Of a stretch of 64,000 nucleotides of DNA, positions 49,518 through 59,569 are shown in pieces. The translations under genes and the position numbers were made by a program. The notes beneath the pieces were generated by a model that searched no databases, was not told where the DNA came from, and worked only from the letters and a program-made list of their open reading frames with translations. The stretch is from Candidatus Levyibacteriota bacterium (GTDB lineage: Bacteria; Patescibacteriota; Microgenomatia; Levybacterales; UBA12049). The DNA lies in the NCBI GenBank assembly GCA_016182235.1, contig JACOXT010000003.1, positions 451,488-515,487 on the forward strand. Reading direction: 5' to 3'. How positions within the stretch are numbered: the stretch's first letter is position 1; each line of letters opens with the position of its first letter.

Positions 49518-51110
49518 TTAATATTGACGGCTGTCTGTGAAATTGCAAGTCCCCCCATGAGGGTAGTAATTGGTTTGTGACCTTTTTTTCATGACTAGCA
49601 AATATTGCAGATTATATACCACGGCATCATCTATGTCGGTTTTGCTGATATTATAAAATGACTGTTGTGCTACATTGTTTTTGCCCCATAAAGCAATACT
49701 TACTGGGTCAACAGAAAAATATAATCCCACAAAGTTAAGGGTACTTAGTAATAATAAGAAAAAAACAGGTATTTTTTTAATGTTTGAGGCAATGACAAAT
49801 GAAGCAGCAATAACAATAATTGGAATTAAAGGCAAAGCATATCGTGGGGTACTTAATACTGGAAATGTGAGCACGGAAATAGTATAAAACACAAAAAAAA
49901 TTATCATAGCAACGATTGTTTTTATCTTTTGATTTCTTTGTGAGATAGCCAATCTCAATTGATATGAGATTGTTTGTGTTTTTGCTAGAAAAGCCGCGAA
50001 AAAGATAAATATAATTAATGTCATTACCCAATAGACGCCGTTGAAGTTAAAATAGGTTACATAGGGATTAGGAGCTATCAATGCTTGCAGTGTAACTGTA
50101 GCAAGGGTGTATGCTAGAAGAAAAGACAATAAGAATAAAAGTAGAAACACTTTTTGTTTGTTTTTCTCAAAACTAAGTTTTATTTTTTGATGTTTAAAAT
50201 TTTTTATTGTTTGCGTAAATCCTATTATGATAATAAGCCAATAAACCCAAGTAAAATTCAGGTAAAATAATTGAAGGATATGAGCTTGAGCATATTGATG
50301 AAAAAAATTAAAAGTTAATAGATTATAGAATATTGTAACAAATGCTCCCTTACTAGCAGTTTCCGAAAGTATGTATTTGTGAAAAATTTCAAACCCATTG
50401 AATTTTACGTATGAATACCATATGAAATACATAATTATGGGGATAATTACTATGGAAAGTCTTAAGGCTTTTAGGAAAAATTTCTGTTTCTCCAAAAAAA
50501 AAGAGTACAGTTCAAGCAATAAGATAGATAAGGGCAAAATAAATCCTGTGTCTTTTGAGAGAGTAGTGAATGATGCAAGAATTGCATAGAAAATAAGTCT
50601 TTTTTGGGAATATGCAAATAGAGCTAGTACCAAAAATACAGTCACAAAAAAATCTGTATAGTTATCAAGACTATTTGCAACAAAGAGGGGAAAGGTGGCA
50701 AAAAGTAGTGATGCGATAATTCCAACCCCTTTATCAAACAATTTTTTACATAAAAAATATATGCCCAATATAGCAAGATATCCTAGCGTAAGGCCCATAA
50801 GGTGATAGCTTAATATGTTTTCTCCCCCAATAGTGTAATAAATACTTGATACAATAAATTTAAAAGGAGGGTGGAGTCCGCCATTTGTTAAATTTTTTAT
50901 ATAATCGTAAATGCTTTGTAGAAAGCCGCCCCTGAAAGTTCCTGTATTGGTGCTAAGTTCTGTTGAGCCATCCCAACAAGGACTTGTGTATAAGAAGGGG
51001 AAAAGCAAAAAGGAATACATAACTAAAGGAAGGATAACAACAAGATTCTCTGATAGGAATTTTTTGAAGTTTACAATAAAACTTCTTCTCGTATTTTTTT
51101 CTTTACTCAT
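49518..51110 (-). CDS. GT-C (PMT_2/ArnT-like) membrane glycosyltransferase
   Basis: WDG, HPPF, LFATFP, SKDTG, PRYALP; polytopic. Confidence 0.8.
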   Translation of the reverse strand: MSKEKNTRRSFIVNFKKFLSENLVVILPLVMYSFLLFPFLYTSPCWDGSTELSTNTGTFRGGFLQSIYDYIKNLTNGGLHPPFKFIVSSIYYTIGGENILSYHLMGLTLGYLAILGIYFLCKKLFDKGVGIIASLLFATFPLFVANSLDNYTDFFVTVFLVLALFAYSQKRLIFYAILASFTTLSKDTGFILPLSILLLELYSFFLEKQKFFLKALRLSIVIIPIIMYFIWYSYVKFNGFEIFHKYILSETASKGAFVTIFYNLLTFNFFHQYAQAHILQLFYLNFTWVYWLIIIIGFTQTIKNFKHQKIKLSFEKNKQKVFLLLFLLSFLLAYTLATVTLQALIAPNPYVTYFNFNGVYWVMTLIIFIFFAAFLAKTQTISYQLRLAISQRNQKIKTIVAMIIFFVFYTISVLTFPVLSTPRYALPLIPIIVIAASFVIASNIKKIPVFFLLLLSTLNFVGLYFSVDPVSIALWGKNNVAQQSFYNISKTDIDDAVVYNLQYLLVMKKRSQTNYYPHGGTCNFTDSRQY

Positions 51111-51198
51111 TTGTCAATTTATATATCTTTCCAGCATCAATAGTCAATAGCCCTATTGGTTTTTAATGGTTATTTTATGTTAAATTTGATAAAGTCAG

Positions 51199-51261
51199 AG
51201 GCTTTACGCCTCGAAGGGGTATCAACGCTTTGATGTCTACGAGGTCGGGAGGCGAAAGCCT
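51199..51261. repeat. Inverted repeat overlapping the 3' end of the Cys-ligase gene (terminator or REP-like)
   Basis: aggctttacgcctc ... gaggcgaaagcct. Confidence 0.5.
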
Positions 51262-52429
51262 AATATTTGTAAAATTGATGAAATTCTTTGCGAGTTTTCT
51301 AAACCATTTCTGGCTGATTTTAAAATATAAGATAATACACTAGGTGTATCTAGGTCATTGTTCATATAGACTTCAAATTCTTTCTGTGAAAGAGAATCTT
51401 CTTTGTTTTTCAGATTACCTTCTTGGAAGTTTTTAATATATTCTTCGATAAAATTAACATTTTCCTGAGCTTTTTCCATTTCACCCTCAGTAAACTCCCA
51501 GGAACTCCTGTAATGATGGGACAGCAACATCCAGCGGATGGCGTTAGGGGAATATTTTTTTAGAAGATCAGAAATAAGAACTAGATTTCCCAAAGATTTT
51601 GACATTTTTCCGCCTTTGTATCTTACCTCTCCTGTGTGAAGCCAATATTTGGCAAATGGAATTTTGCCAGTTGCGCCTTCTGATTGTATGACTTCACTTT
51701 CGTGATGAGGAAATTTAAGATCCTGCCCTCCTCCGTGGATATCGATTTGTTGTCCAAGTGATGAGATTGCCATAGCCGAACATTCAATGTGCCAGCCAGG
51801 ACGCCCCATTCCAAAAGGACTATCAAATGAGGGAATATGTTTGGCTTGATTAGGAGTTGACGCGCGCCAAAGAGTAATATCCAGCCGGTGTTTTTTAAAT
51901 GGGTTATCCAGGTCTTCATCAAACTCTTTTGCAATTTTTAGCATTTCTTTTTCGGAAAGATGAGAAAGTTTGCCATATTGAGGAAAGTTTGTAATGTCAA
52001 GAAAAATATTTCCTTGGACTTTGTACGCTAGACCATTATTAAGTAATTGCGCAATTAAATTGATCATAGAATTAATTTGTTCAGAAGCTTTTAGATAGTT
52101 TGTGGGTATAATCCAATTGAGTTTTCCCATATCGTCATGAAACCTTTTTGTCCAGAAATCCGCAAGTTCATGCCAAGAAACATTTTGCTCTTTAGCACGA
52201 GCCAAAAGATCACTATCGCGGTCATTTATATCGGTTACGTTTTGAAAATTACTTTATATCCTTTAAGCATTAGGTAACGGATTAGGGTATCAAAGGAAAT
52301 GTAAGTGAAGGCATGACCTAGATGAGTAGTGTCGTATGGAGTTATACCGCAGACATACATAAGAACTTTTTTGTTGTAAAGAGGCTTGAACTCTTCAGCT
52401 TTGTGTGTTAATGAATTATACAAATGCAT
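51237..52429 (-). pseudogene. CysRS/MshC-like cysteine ligase, frameshifted near 52246
   Basis: [16 protein letters not shown] in the 5' ORF; [38 protein letters not shown] in another frame; no anticodon-binding domain seen. Confidence 0.8.
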
Positions 52430-52452
52430 AGAGTTATTATATAATAATTTAC

Positions 52453-53154
52453 ATGAAAATTATGTTTGTCTTTGCGCATCCAGATGATGAGAGTTTCTCA
52501 TCAGGCGGAACCATTGCAGAGCTTGCTAAGAAAGGTCATGAAATAGCACTCATTACGGCAACAAAAGGCGAAAAAGGCGAACTAGGTGATCCGCCGATAA
52601 CAACAAAAGCGAATCTCGGAAAAACGAGAGAACAAGAACTTAGAAAAGCTGCCAGAATCTTAGGAATTAGAAGTGTTGAATTTTTAGGTTTTATCGATGG
52701 GACGCTTAAAAATTATGTGAAAGATCTTAAAAAGAAGATTTTAGTAATACTCATAAAAGAGACTCCTGATATTATTGTGACATTTGACAGATATGGAGGA
52801 TCTAATCATCCTGATCATATCGCGATATCGAATGTTACTACTACTTCGTTTAGGGAGTACATGAAAAGATCAAAGAAACGTGTTTGTCTATATCACACTG
52901 CGGTTCCCCGAAGCTATCTTAGAAAGTACGAGAAAACAAATCTTAGTTATACTGCATTTGGAAAAATGAGGGGAACTCCTGATTCTAATATTACAACAAT
53001 AGTTGATATCAAAAAAACGTACCCGGTTAAAGTTAGAGCTCTTCAGTGTCACAAGACTCAAAAAAAAGATGTTGACCGGTTTCTCAAACGTGTTTCGTAT
53101 GTAGACTTAAAGAGAGAGTTTTTTGAGTTGATTTGCGAGAATAGCTTGATTTAA
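52453..53154 (+). CDS. PIG-L family deacetylase (MshB/BshB-like)
   Basis: FAHPDDE, TKGEKG, REQEL, NHPDH, HKTQ. Confidence 0.92.
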   Translation: MKIMFVFAHPDDESFSSGGTIAELAKKGHEIALITATKGEKGELGDPPITTKANLGKTREQELRKAARILGIRSVEFLGFIDGTLKNYVKDLKKKILVILIKETPDIIVTFDRYGGSNHPDHIAISNVTTTSFREYMKRSKKRVCLYHTAVPRSYLRKYEKTNLSYTAFGKMRGTPDSNITTIVDIKKTYPVKVRALQCHKTQKKDVDRFLKRVSYVDLKREFFELICENSLI

Positions 53155-53169
53155 GCTAATATTAAGTTT

Positions 53170-56097
53170 ATGTTCGAAGTTGTAGATCCAAAATTAAATT
53201 TCCCCAAGCTCGAAGAGGACCTTCTTAAAATGTGGTACAAAGAGGGAATTGTGAAAAAATATCTTCAAAAAAATAATTCTTCCAAGAAGAAATTTTCTTT
53301 TCTTGATGGGCCAATAACTGCTAACAATCCCATGGGTGTTCACCATGCCTGGGGAAGAACTTACAAAGATCTCTGGCAAAGATTTTGGAACATGAGAGGC
53401 TATAAGCAAAGATTCCAGAATGGATTTGATGAACAAGGGCTTTGGGTCGAGGTAGAAGTTGAAAAAGAATTGGGTTTGAAGAATAAGAAAGATATTGAAA
53501 ATTTAATTCCGGGCAATAAGTTTGCAAGTCTTGAGAAATTTATAAATCTTTGTAAAGAAAGAGTAAGAAAATTTTCTAAGATTCAAACCGAACAAAGCAA
53601 GAGGCTTGGATATTTTATGGACTGGGACAACTCTTATCATACCTCTTCGGATCGAAATAACTACACAATCTGGAATTTCTTAAAAATCGTCAATGAAAAA
53701 GGCTGGCTTTACAAGGGACGAGACAGTGTGCCGTGGTGCCCAAGATGCGGGACTGCAATTTCTCAACATGAAATTTTGACTGAGGAATACAAAGAACTTA
53801 CTCATAAAACAGTCGTTTTTAAACTTACAATTAAAGGGAGAAACAAAGAATATTTACTTGCTTGGACTACAACGCCCTGGACAATTCCGGGAAATGTCGC
53901 GCTTGCAGTTGACAATAATCTATCGTATTGGAAGATGGAAAACGCCAAAGGCGAGAAAATAATTATTGTTAATCCGACAGCAAATGGTGATCTTAATAAG
54001 GAAGCTATGCTTGTTAATAGGCTAGGATTAATAGAAGGTTATGTAAAAGTAGAGGAACTTAAGGGAAAAGATCTTGTAGGACTTGGATACGAGGCGCCTT
54101 ATGATAGTTTGCCTTCTGTTAAAAAAACCCTTGGGAATTATACGCATCGGGTAGTTGCAACTGATCCCCAAGTATTACCGATTAATCCAGCTGAGGGTAC
54201 TGGAATTGTCCATATTGCTCCTGGCGCGGGCGCGGAAGATTTTAAGCTTAGCAAGAAAGAAAAAATACCTGCAATTGAGGAAATTGACGAAAGTGGTGTA
54301 TTTATAGACGGATTTGATTTTATGTCTGGAAAGCATGTTAAAAAAGCAATGCCTCAGATTTTGGAGGACCTTGAAAAACGTAACTTTGCTTTTAAAATTT
54401 TTGACTATATGCATCGCTATCCTACATGCTGGAGGTGTAAAACTGAGTTAGTCTGGAGAGTAGTTGATGAATGGTATATAGCAATGGATAAAGCATTAAA
54501 GTCAAAAGTCAAAAGTCAAAAGTCAAAAGTTGAAGAAAATAAAACATATAGAGAACAGATGATTGAGGTAGCTAAGAAGATTAACTGGATACCTAAATGG
54601 GGATTAGATAGGGAACTTGATTGGCTTTCCAACATGCACGATTGGCTTATAAGCAAAAAGCGTTTTTGGGGACTGGCATTACCAATTTGGGAATGCAAAG
54701 AGTGCGGAAGTTTTGAGGTGATTGGCGGACGGGAGGAGCTTAAAGTTCGAGCATTTAGCGGTTGGAAGGAGTTCGATGGAAATAGCCCCCATAGACCATG
54801 GATTGATCAAATAAAAATAAAATGCAAAAATTGTAGATCAATAATGTCACGAATACCTGATGTTGGAAACCCATGGCTTGATGCAGGTATTGTTCCTTTC
54901 TCAACATTGCCCGCTGGTTGGTTTCCAGCAGATTTTATTACTGAAAGTTTTCCAGGGCAATTTAAAAATTGGTTTTACTCTCTTATTGCAATGGCAACAG
55001 CTATTAAAAATGAACCTCCTTTTAAAACAGTTTTGGGGTTTGCTTCAGTTCGAGACGAAAAAGGAGAGGAAATGCATAAATCAAAAGGAAATGCTATTGA
55101 ATTCAATGAAGCCGCAGGCAAGATTGGGGGAGACGTCATGAGGTGGCTTTACACGACTCAAAAGCCTGAACTCAATCTTAATTTTGGTTATGGACCCGCA
55201 ACAGACGTAAAAAGAAGATTCTATTTAATACTTTGGAACAGTTATAAATTTTTTGTTGACTACGCAAAAGCTTCTTCATGGGAATGTGGAAGAAATGTTA
55301 AAGATTTAACAATACTAGATAAATGGATTCTGGCAAGATTAACAGAAGTAGTTTTCTTGGTAAATGAATCTTTAGAAAGATTCGATGCAAGTCGCGCCTC
55401 TTTCGCAATAGAGGAATTTGTAGTGAAAGATTTTTCTACATGGTACATAAGAAGATCTCGAGACAGGGTTTCGCCAATTTCAGACGCAAATGACAGAAAT
55501 ACTTGTTTTTCAGTTATGTACGGAGTCTTGGTTACGCTTTCCAAATTACTTGCTCCTTTTACGCCATTTATTGCTGAGGAAATATTTAGAAATTTGGCAA
55601 ATGAAGAATCAGTACATTTACAAAGTTATCCGAAGGGCGACAAGTCGCTATTGAATAGAAATCTTATTGAGGATATGAAGAAAGTAAGGGAAGTTGTCGA
55701 AGCTGGACACGCAAAACGAAAAGAAATTGGGATAAGAGTAAGACAACCGCTACCCAAATTTTCAATTTTCAATTTTCAATTTTCAATTGAAGAGAAGCTA
55801 ATAGATCTTATTAGGGATGAGTTAAATGTTAAAAATGTTATTTTCAAGATGAGAAAAGGACCGTTTTCTGTGGAGTTCGATACGGAGATTACAAACGATC
55901 TTAAAAATGAAGGTGAGGCAAGAGAAATAGTTAGAAGAATTCAGCAGGAACGAAAAATTATAGGTACGACATTGAATGAGAGGGTAAATGTCACTTTGGA
56001 GAGTTGGCCGGCTTCATATAGCAATTACATTAAAAGAAATGCGTTAGTTGGAAGTCTCAAAAAAGGAGACGAATTTTCGGTCGCAAGGCAGAAATGA
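53170..56097 (+). CDS. ileS: Isoleucine--tRNA ligase (eukaryote-like type 2)
   Basis: DGPITANNPMGVHHAWGR, WTTTPWT, GTGIVHIAPG, DWLISKKRFWG, EMHKSKGN, WYIRRSR. Confidence 0.95.
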   Translation: MFEVVDPKLNFPKLEEDLLKMWYKEGIVKKYLQKNNSSKKKFSFLDGPITANNPMGVHHAWGRTYKDLWQRFWNMRGYKQRFQNGFDEQGLWVEVEVEKELGLKNKKDIENLIPGNKFASLEKFINLCKERVRKFSKIQTEQSKRLGYFMDWDNSYHTSSDRNNYTIWNFLKIVNEKGWLYKGRDSVPWCPRCGTAISQHEILTEEYKELTHKTVVFKLTIKGRNKEYLLAWTTTPWTIPGNVALAVDNNLSYWKMENAKGEKIIIVNPTANGDLNKEAMLVNRLGLIEGYVKVEELKGKDLVGLGYEAPYDSLPSVKKTLGNYTHRVVATDPQVLPINPAEGTGIVHIAPGAGAEDFKLSKKEKIPAIEEIDESGVFIDGFDFMSGKHVKKAMPQILEDLEKRNFAFKIFDYMHRYPTCWRCKTELVWRVVDEWYIAMDKALKSKVKSQKSKVEENKTYREQMIEVAKKINWIPKWGLDRELDWLSNMHDWLISKKRFWGLALPIWECKECGSFEVIGGREELKVRAFSGWKEFDGNSPHRPWIDQIKIKCKNCRSIMSRIPDVGNPWLDAGIVPFSTLPAGWFPADFITESFPGQFKNWFYSLIAMATAIKNEPPFKTVLGFASVRDEKGEEMHKSKGNAIEFNEAAGKIGGDVMRWLYTTQKPELNLNFGYGPATDVKRRFYLILWNSYKFFVDYAKASSWECGRNVKDLTILDKWILARLTEVVFLVNESLERFDASRASFAIEEFVVKDFSTWYIRRSRDRVSPISDANDRNTCFSVMYGVLVTLSKLLAPFTPFIAEEIFRNLANEESVHLQSYPKGDKSLLNRNLIEDMKKVREVVEAGHAKRKEIGIRVRQPLPKFSIFNFQFSIEEKLIDLIRDELNVKNVIFKMRKGPFSVEFDTEITNDLKNEGEAREIVRRIQQERKIIGTTLNERVNVTLESWPASYSNYIKRNALVGSLKKGDEFSVARQK
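54498..54530. repeat. Perfect heptamer repeat (aaagtca)x4.7 in ileS
   Basis: Encodes KSKVKSQKSKV. Confidence 0.9.
55757..55788. repeat. Perfect heptamer repeat (aattttc)x4.6 in ileS
   Basis: Encodes KFSIFNFQFSI. Confidence 0.9.
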
Positions 56098-57167
56098 ATA
56101 GGAGATTTTATTTTGATATTGACTGGGCACTAATTACTCCCATAATGGTTCTAGCTACGTTAAGTCTGGTTACACTTTTTTCTATTAATATAGAGTTATT
56201 CAAAAACCAACTTCTTTTTTTAATTATAGGAATAATAGCTTTTTTATTTTTTTCTAAAGTAAATTACAGCATAATTAAGTTATACTCATTCCCAATCTAT
56301 ATTGCTTCGGTCGTGTCTTTTGTCCTGGTGCTATTTATCGGCATCGAGAGTCGCGGATCTTCAAGGTGGTTTGAGATTTTAGGTTTTAGATTTCAATTTT
56401 CTGAAATATTCAAGCCTTTTCTTGCGATTTCGTTATCTTCCTACCTTGGATCAAAAGAGAGTTATTCTTTAAAAACATTTTTTATTGTATTTTGTTTGTT
56501 GGTGCCTTTAGCTTTTTTAATTTTTATGCAGCCAGATTTGGGTAACGCTTTAATATATGGCATGGTGGTAGTATTGACACTTTTGGCATATGGATTTCCA
56601 AAACGTTTCTTCTTGGGGCTCCTTGTGTTAGGCTTTTTAGCATTTCCAGTAGTTTTTAGATTTTTGCATGACTATCAGAGAGAGCGCATCTTAACTTTTT
56701 TGAATCCGTCGGATCCTCTAGGGCTTTCTTACAATATTATCCAGTCAGTGATATCTGTGGGATCTGGGATGTTATTTGGCCGCGGACTGGGCTTAGGTAC
56801 CCAATCCAGTCTTAGATTTTTACCCGAGTTACATACTGATTTTATTTTCGCAACCATTTCCGAGCAATTGGGCTTTGTTGGAGCAATTACTATAGTTTTA
56901 GCGTTTTTTGTATTACTCTATAGAATTTTGAAAATCATTTCTCATCAGGAAGAAATCTTTAGTAAAATATTTTCTATTGCTGCGTTCTTTTTGATATTTA
57001 TTCAGTTCTTTGTAAATATTGGGATGAATATTGGCATGCTCCCAATCGTTGGAATAACTCTTCCTTTTGTTTCTTATGGAGGAAGTTCACTTCTGTCCAG
57101 TTTTATTTTGATCGGACTTATTTCCGCAATTAACAAGAAAACATCCCAAGTGTTGGAAATAAGATAG
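56094..57167 (+). CDS. rodA: SEDS protein RodA
   Basis: RGSSRWF, QFSEIFK, QPDLG, LHDYQRERI, FLPELHTDFIF, GITLPFVSYGGSS. Confidence 0.9.
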   Translation: MNRRFYFDIDWALITPIMVLATLSLVTLFSINIELFKNQLLFLIIGIIAFLFFSKVNYSIIKLYSFPIYIASVVSFVLVLFIGIESRGSSRWFEILGFRFQFSEIFKPFLAISLSSYLGSKESYSLKTFFIVFCLLVPLAFLIFMQPDLGNALIYGMVVVLTLLAYGFPKRFFLGLLVLGFLAFPVVFRFLHDYQRERILTFLNPSDPLGLSYNIIQSVISVGSGMLFGRGLGLGTQSSLRFLPELHTDFIFATISEQLGFVGAITIVLAFFVLLYRILKIISHQEEIFSKIFSIAAFFLIFIQFFVNIGMNIGMLPIVGITLPFVSYGGSSLLSSFILIGLISAINKKTSQVLEIR

Positions 57168-57192
57168 AAACTTTGTTATAATACTTCAAAAG

Positions 57193-57510
57193 ATGGAATA
57201 CGTAGTTTTAAAATTAGGTGGCAGGCAGTATAGGGTTTCAAAGGGAGACATACTAGAAATAGATAAAATGGAAGGCAAAAAAGGTCAAGAATTTACTTTA
57301 TCTAATGCATTACTTTTTGTGTCAAATGGCAAGGTTCATGTTGGTAAACCAGCCCTTTCCAATGTAAAAGTAAAGGCTAAGATTTTGGATCAAAAAAAAG
57401 GAGAGAAAATTCGAGTCGCTAAGTTTAAGGCCAAGGTAAGATATAGAAGAGTCATGGGATTCAGACCGTCATTAACTCAATTACAAATCGTTGACATTAA
57501 AGAAGGCTAA
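57193..57510 (+). CDS. rplU: 50S ribosomal protein L21
   Basis: GGRQYRV..GD, GEKIRVAKFKAK..YRR..GFR. Confidence 0.95.
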   Translation: MEYVVLKLGGRQYRVSKGDILEIDKMEGKKGQEFTLSNALLFVSNGKVHVGKPALSNVKVKAKILDQKKGEKIRVAKFKAKVRYRRVMGFRPSLTQLQIVDIKEG

Positions 57511-57541
57511 GCCTCATTTAATCTGATATATTTTGATATTC

Positions 57542-57570
57542 TTGACATCCGTGAAAAATTAACGTAATAT
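57542..57570 (+). promoter_or_regulatory. sigma70-type promoter for rpmA
   Basis: TTGACA-17 bp-TAATAT. Confidence 0.55.
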
Positions 57571-57629
57571 AGGGTAGATTTTCACAGTTCCAATAACTAA
57601 CTATCCAACTAACTAATTAACTATCTAAT

Positions 57630-57878
57630 ATGGCACATACCAAAGCGCAGGGGTCAGTTAAGGGAAATAGAGATTCAAGATCAAAAAGATTGGGCGTTAA
57701 AATATATAGCGGCCAGAAAATTTTTAAAGGCAATATTATCGTAAGACAGAGGGGGACAAAGCTCTTTGCGGGAAGTGGTGTGTCTATGGGAAAAGACCAT
57801 ACTCTATTTGCGATTAGAGACGGTACGGTAGATTTTAAGAGATTAAAAAGTAAAAGAATTGCCCAGATTATCAATTAA
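57630..57878 (+). CDS. rpmA: 50S ribosomal protein L27
   Basis: [37 protein letters not shown]. Confidence 0.98.
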   Translation: MAHTKAQGSVKGNRDSRSKRLGVKIYSGQKIFKGNIIVRQRGTKLFAGSGVSMGKDHTLFAIRDGTVDFKRLKSKRIAQIIN

Positions 57879-57896
57879 AATTAAAGCCATAAGTAT

Positions 57897-58724
57897 ATGG
57901 ATAATGTAAACTTAGATGAAAAAGTATACGAACTAGAAATAGATATGCTTCAATCTAATCCTCTGCAACCTCGGGGCATAATTTCTCCCTCTTCATTAAA
58001 TGAACTTATAGATTCAATAAGAGAGCAGGGAATTCTTGAGCCATTGGTTGTCGCAAAAACGCCGGCTGGATATCAGATTATTGCGGGAGAAAGACGTTGG
58101 AGAGCTGCCAAAATCCTCGGACACTCAAAGGTTCCAGTTGTTGTTAGAGAAACTACTCCCCAGGGAATGCTTGAAATGTCTATTGTCGAGAATGTACAGC
58201 GAGAGGATTTAAATCCGATTGAAAGAGCCCAAGCCTACAAAAGATTAATTGATGAGTTCGGATTAGGGACAAATGAAGTAGCAAAAAAAGTCGGAAAAAG
58301 TGCTCCTGCAGTATCTAATACCATAAGGCTTTTGTCTCTTCCGGATGCAATTAAAGATGCACTTGTTGCAGGTGTTATCACTGAAGGGCACGTTCGTCCT
58401 TTAATTACGCTAGGGGACACTAATTTGATGCTTGAGCTGTTCAAAAGGATACTACGCGAGAACAGTACGGTTCGTCAAACGGAAGAACAGGCGCGCAAAT
58501 TAAAAGGTGAAATTCAGAAAAGGGAACCAAGAACGGCTATTGATAGACTATGGGTTCCTGAAATGGATGAGATGGCAAAAAGAATTCAAGACCTTTTTGG
58601 ACTTACAAAAGTATCAATCTTTCAGTCAAGCAAAAAAGGGAGATTTGTAATAGAAAAAGATGGAGATGTGGAAGTAACCGGACCTTTAATAAAAAAGATA
58701 AGCGAAAAACTTTTGGTTCAATAA
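57897..58724 (+). CDS. parB: ParB/Spo0J partition protein
   Basis: NPLQPR, GILEPLVV, IIAGERRWRAA, ENVQREDLNPIE. Confidence 0.95.
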   Translation: MDNVNLDEKVYELEIDMLQSNPLQPRGIISPSSLNELIDSIREQGILEPLVVAKTPAGYQIIAGERRWRAAKILGHSKVPVVVRETTPQGMLEMSIVENVQREDLNPIERAQAYKRLIDEFGLGTNEVAKKVGKSAPAVSNTIRLLSLPDAIKDALVAGVITEGHVRPLITLGDTNLMLELFKRILRENSTVRQTEEQARKLKGEIQKREPRTAIDRLWVPEMDEMAKRIQDLFGLTKVSIFQSSKKGRFVIEKDGDVEVTGPLIKKISEKLLVQ

Positions 58725-58726
58725 TA

Positions 58727-59296
58727 TCACTCAGAGTAAGGATTTTTTATTGCTCCAATCTTATCTGGCGGCCAATAGACAAAGAATGCTTCTCCAACTA
58801 TTGAATTAAAAGGGACGAAACCCCACTCTCTTGAATCTGAGCTTTCAAGCCTATTATCGCCCATTACAAAATACTCGTTTTCGGGAACCGTTATGGTCTT
58901 TCCTTCTTGAATAAAGGACCCTCCGGGAGTTACAATAGAGCTCTTTAGGTATTTCTTCTCATTGAGTTCTTTTTCATTTAGATATACTTTCCCAGATTCT
59001 AATAATATCTTATCTCCAGGTACTCCTATTACGCGCTTTATGTAATCTCTCTCAGGGTCTGGTGGAGCTCTGAATATGACTACATCCCCAAACTTTGGTT
59101 CCTTAAACCTCATAGTAATTATATTTGTTAATATGTATTCTTTGTGGAAAAAATTTGGATACATAGAGTCTCCGTTAACTTGAAATGGGCGAAATAAAAA
59201 GATGTAAATAACTATGAATATTGCAAATACCAAAAGAAGGGTCTGGATTATATCTAAGAAAAAAAAGTAAATTTTCCGGATAATGTCCAAAATCAT
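58727..59296 (-). CDS. lepB: Signal peptidase I
   Basis: GDSMYP, YIKRVIGVPGD, FVMGDNR..SSDSR.WG. Confidence 0.95.
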   Translation of the reverse strand: MILDIIRKIYFFFLDIIQTLLLVFAIFIVIYIFLFRPFQVNGDSMYPNFFHKEYILTNIITMRFKEPKFGDVVIFRAPPDPERDYIKRVIGVPGDKILLESGKVYLNEKELNEKKYLKSSIVTPGGSFIQEGKTITVPENEYFVMGDNRLESSDSREWGFVPFNSIVGEAFFVYWPPDKIGAIKNPYSE

Positions 59297-59393
59297 ACGA
59301 TCTTTACATTGTCCTCAATTTAATCCACTTTGTCAATGCGAGAGAAAAGATGTAAAATAAGGATGTCGTGGTAGACATACCCACTTGCCATAT

Positions 59394-59465
59394 GAGTCCG
59401 TAGCTCAGCGGTAGAGCGTTGCATTCACATTGCAAATGTCGGAGGTTCAAATCCTCCCGGGCTCA
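59394..59465 (+). tRNA. tRNA-Val (anticodon CAC), CCA not encoded
   Basis: Acceptor gagtccg/cgggctc, D arm gctc-agcggta-gagc, anticodon arm ttgca-ttCACat-tgcaa, T arm ggagg-ttcaaat-cctcc. Confidence 0.95.
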
Positions 59466-59569
59466 CTAGAAAATGGCTGTTAATATCAGGAGTGGATTTT
59501 ACTTTTGTATAAACAAATACACCTGCCTGTATTTTAGAAGTGCTTTGCTCGATTATTTTTTTAAGTTCA

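Noticed and set aside
57591-57628. aact/aactatc low-complexity run in the rpmA leader
   Set aside because: Irregular period; cannot be linked to the heptamer system or a known regulatory leader
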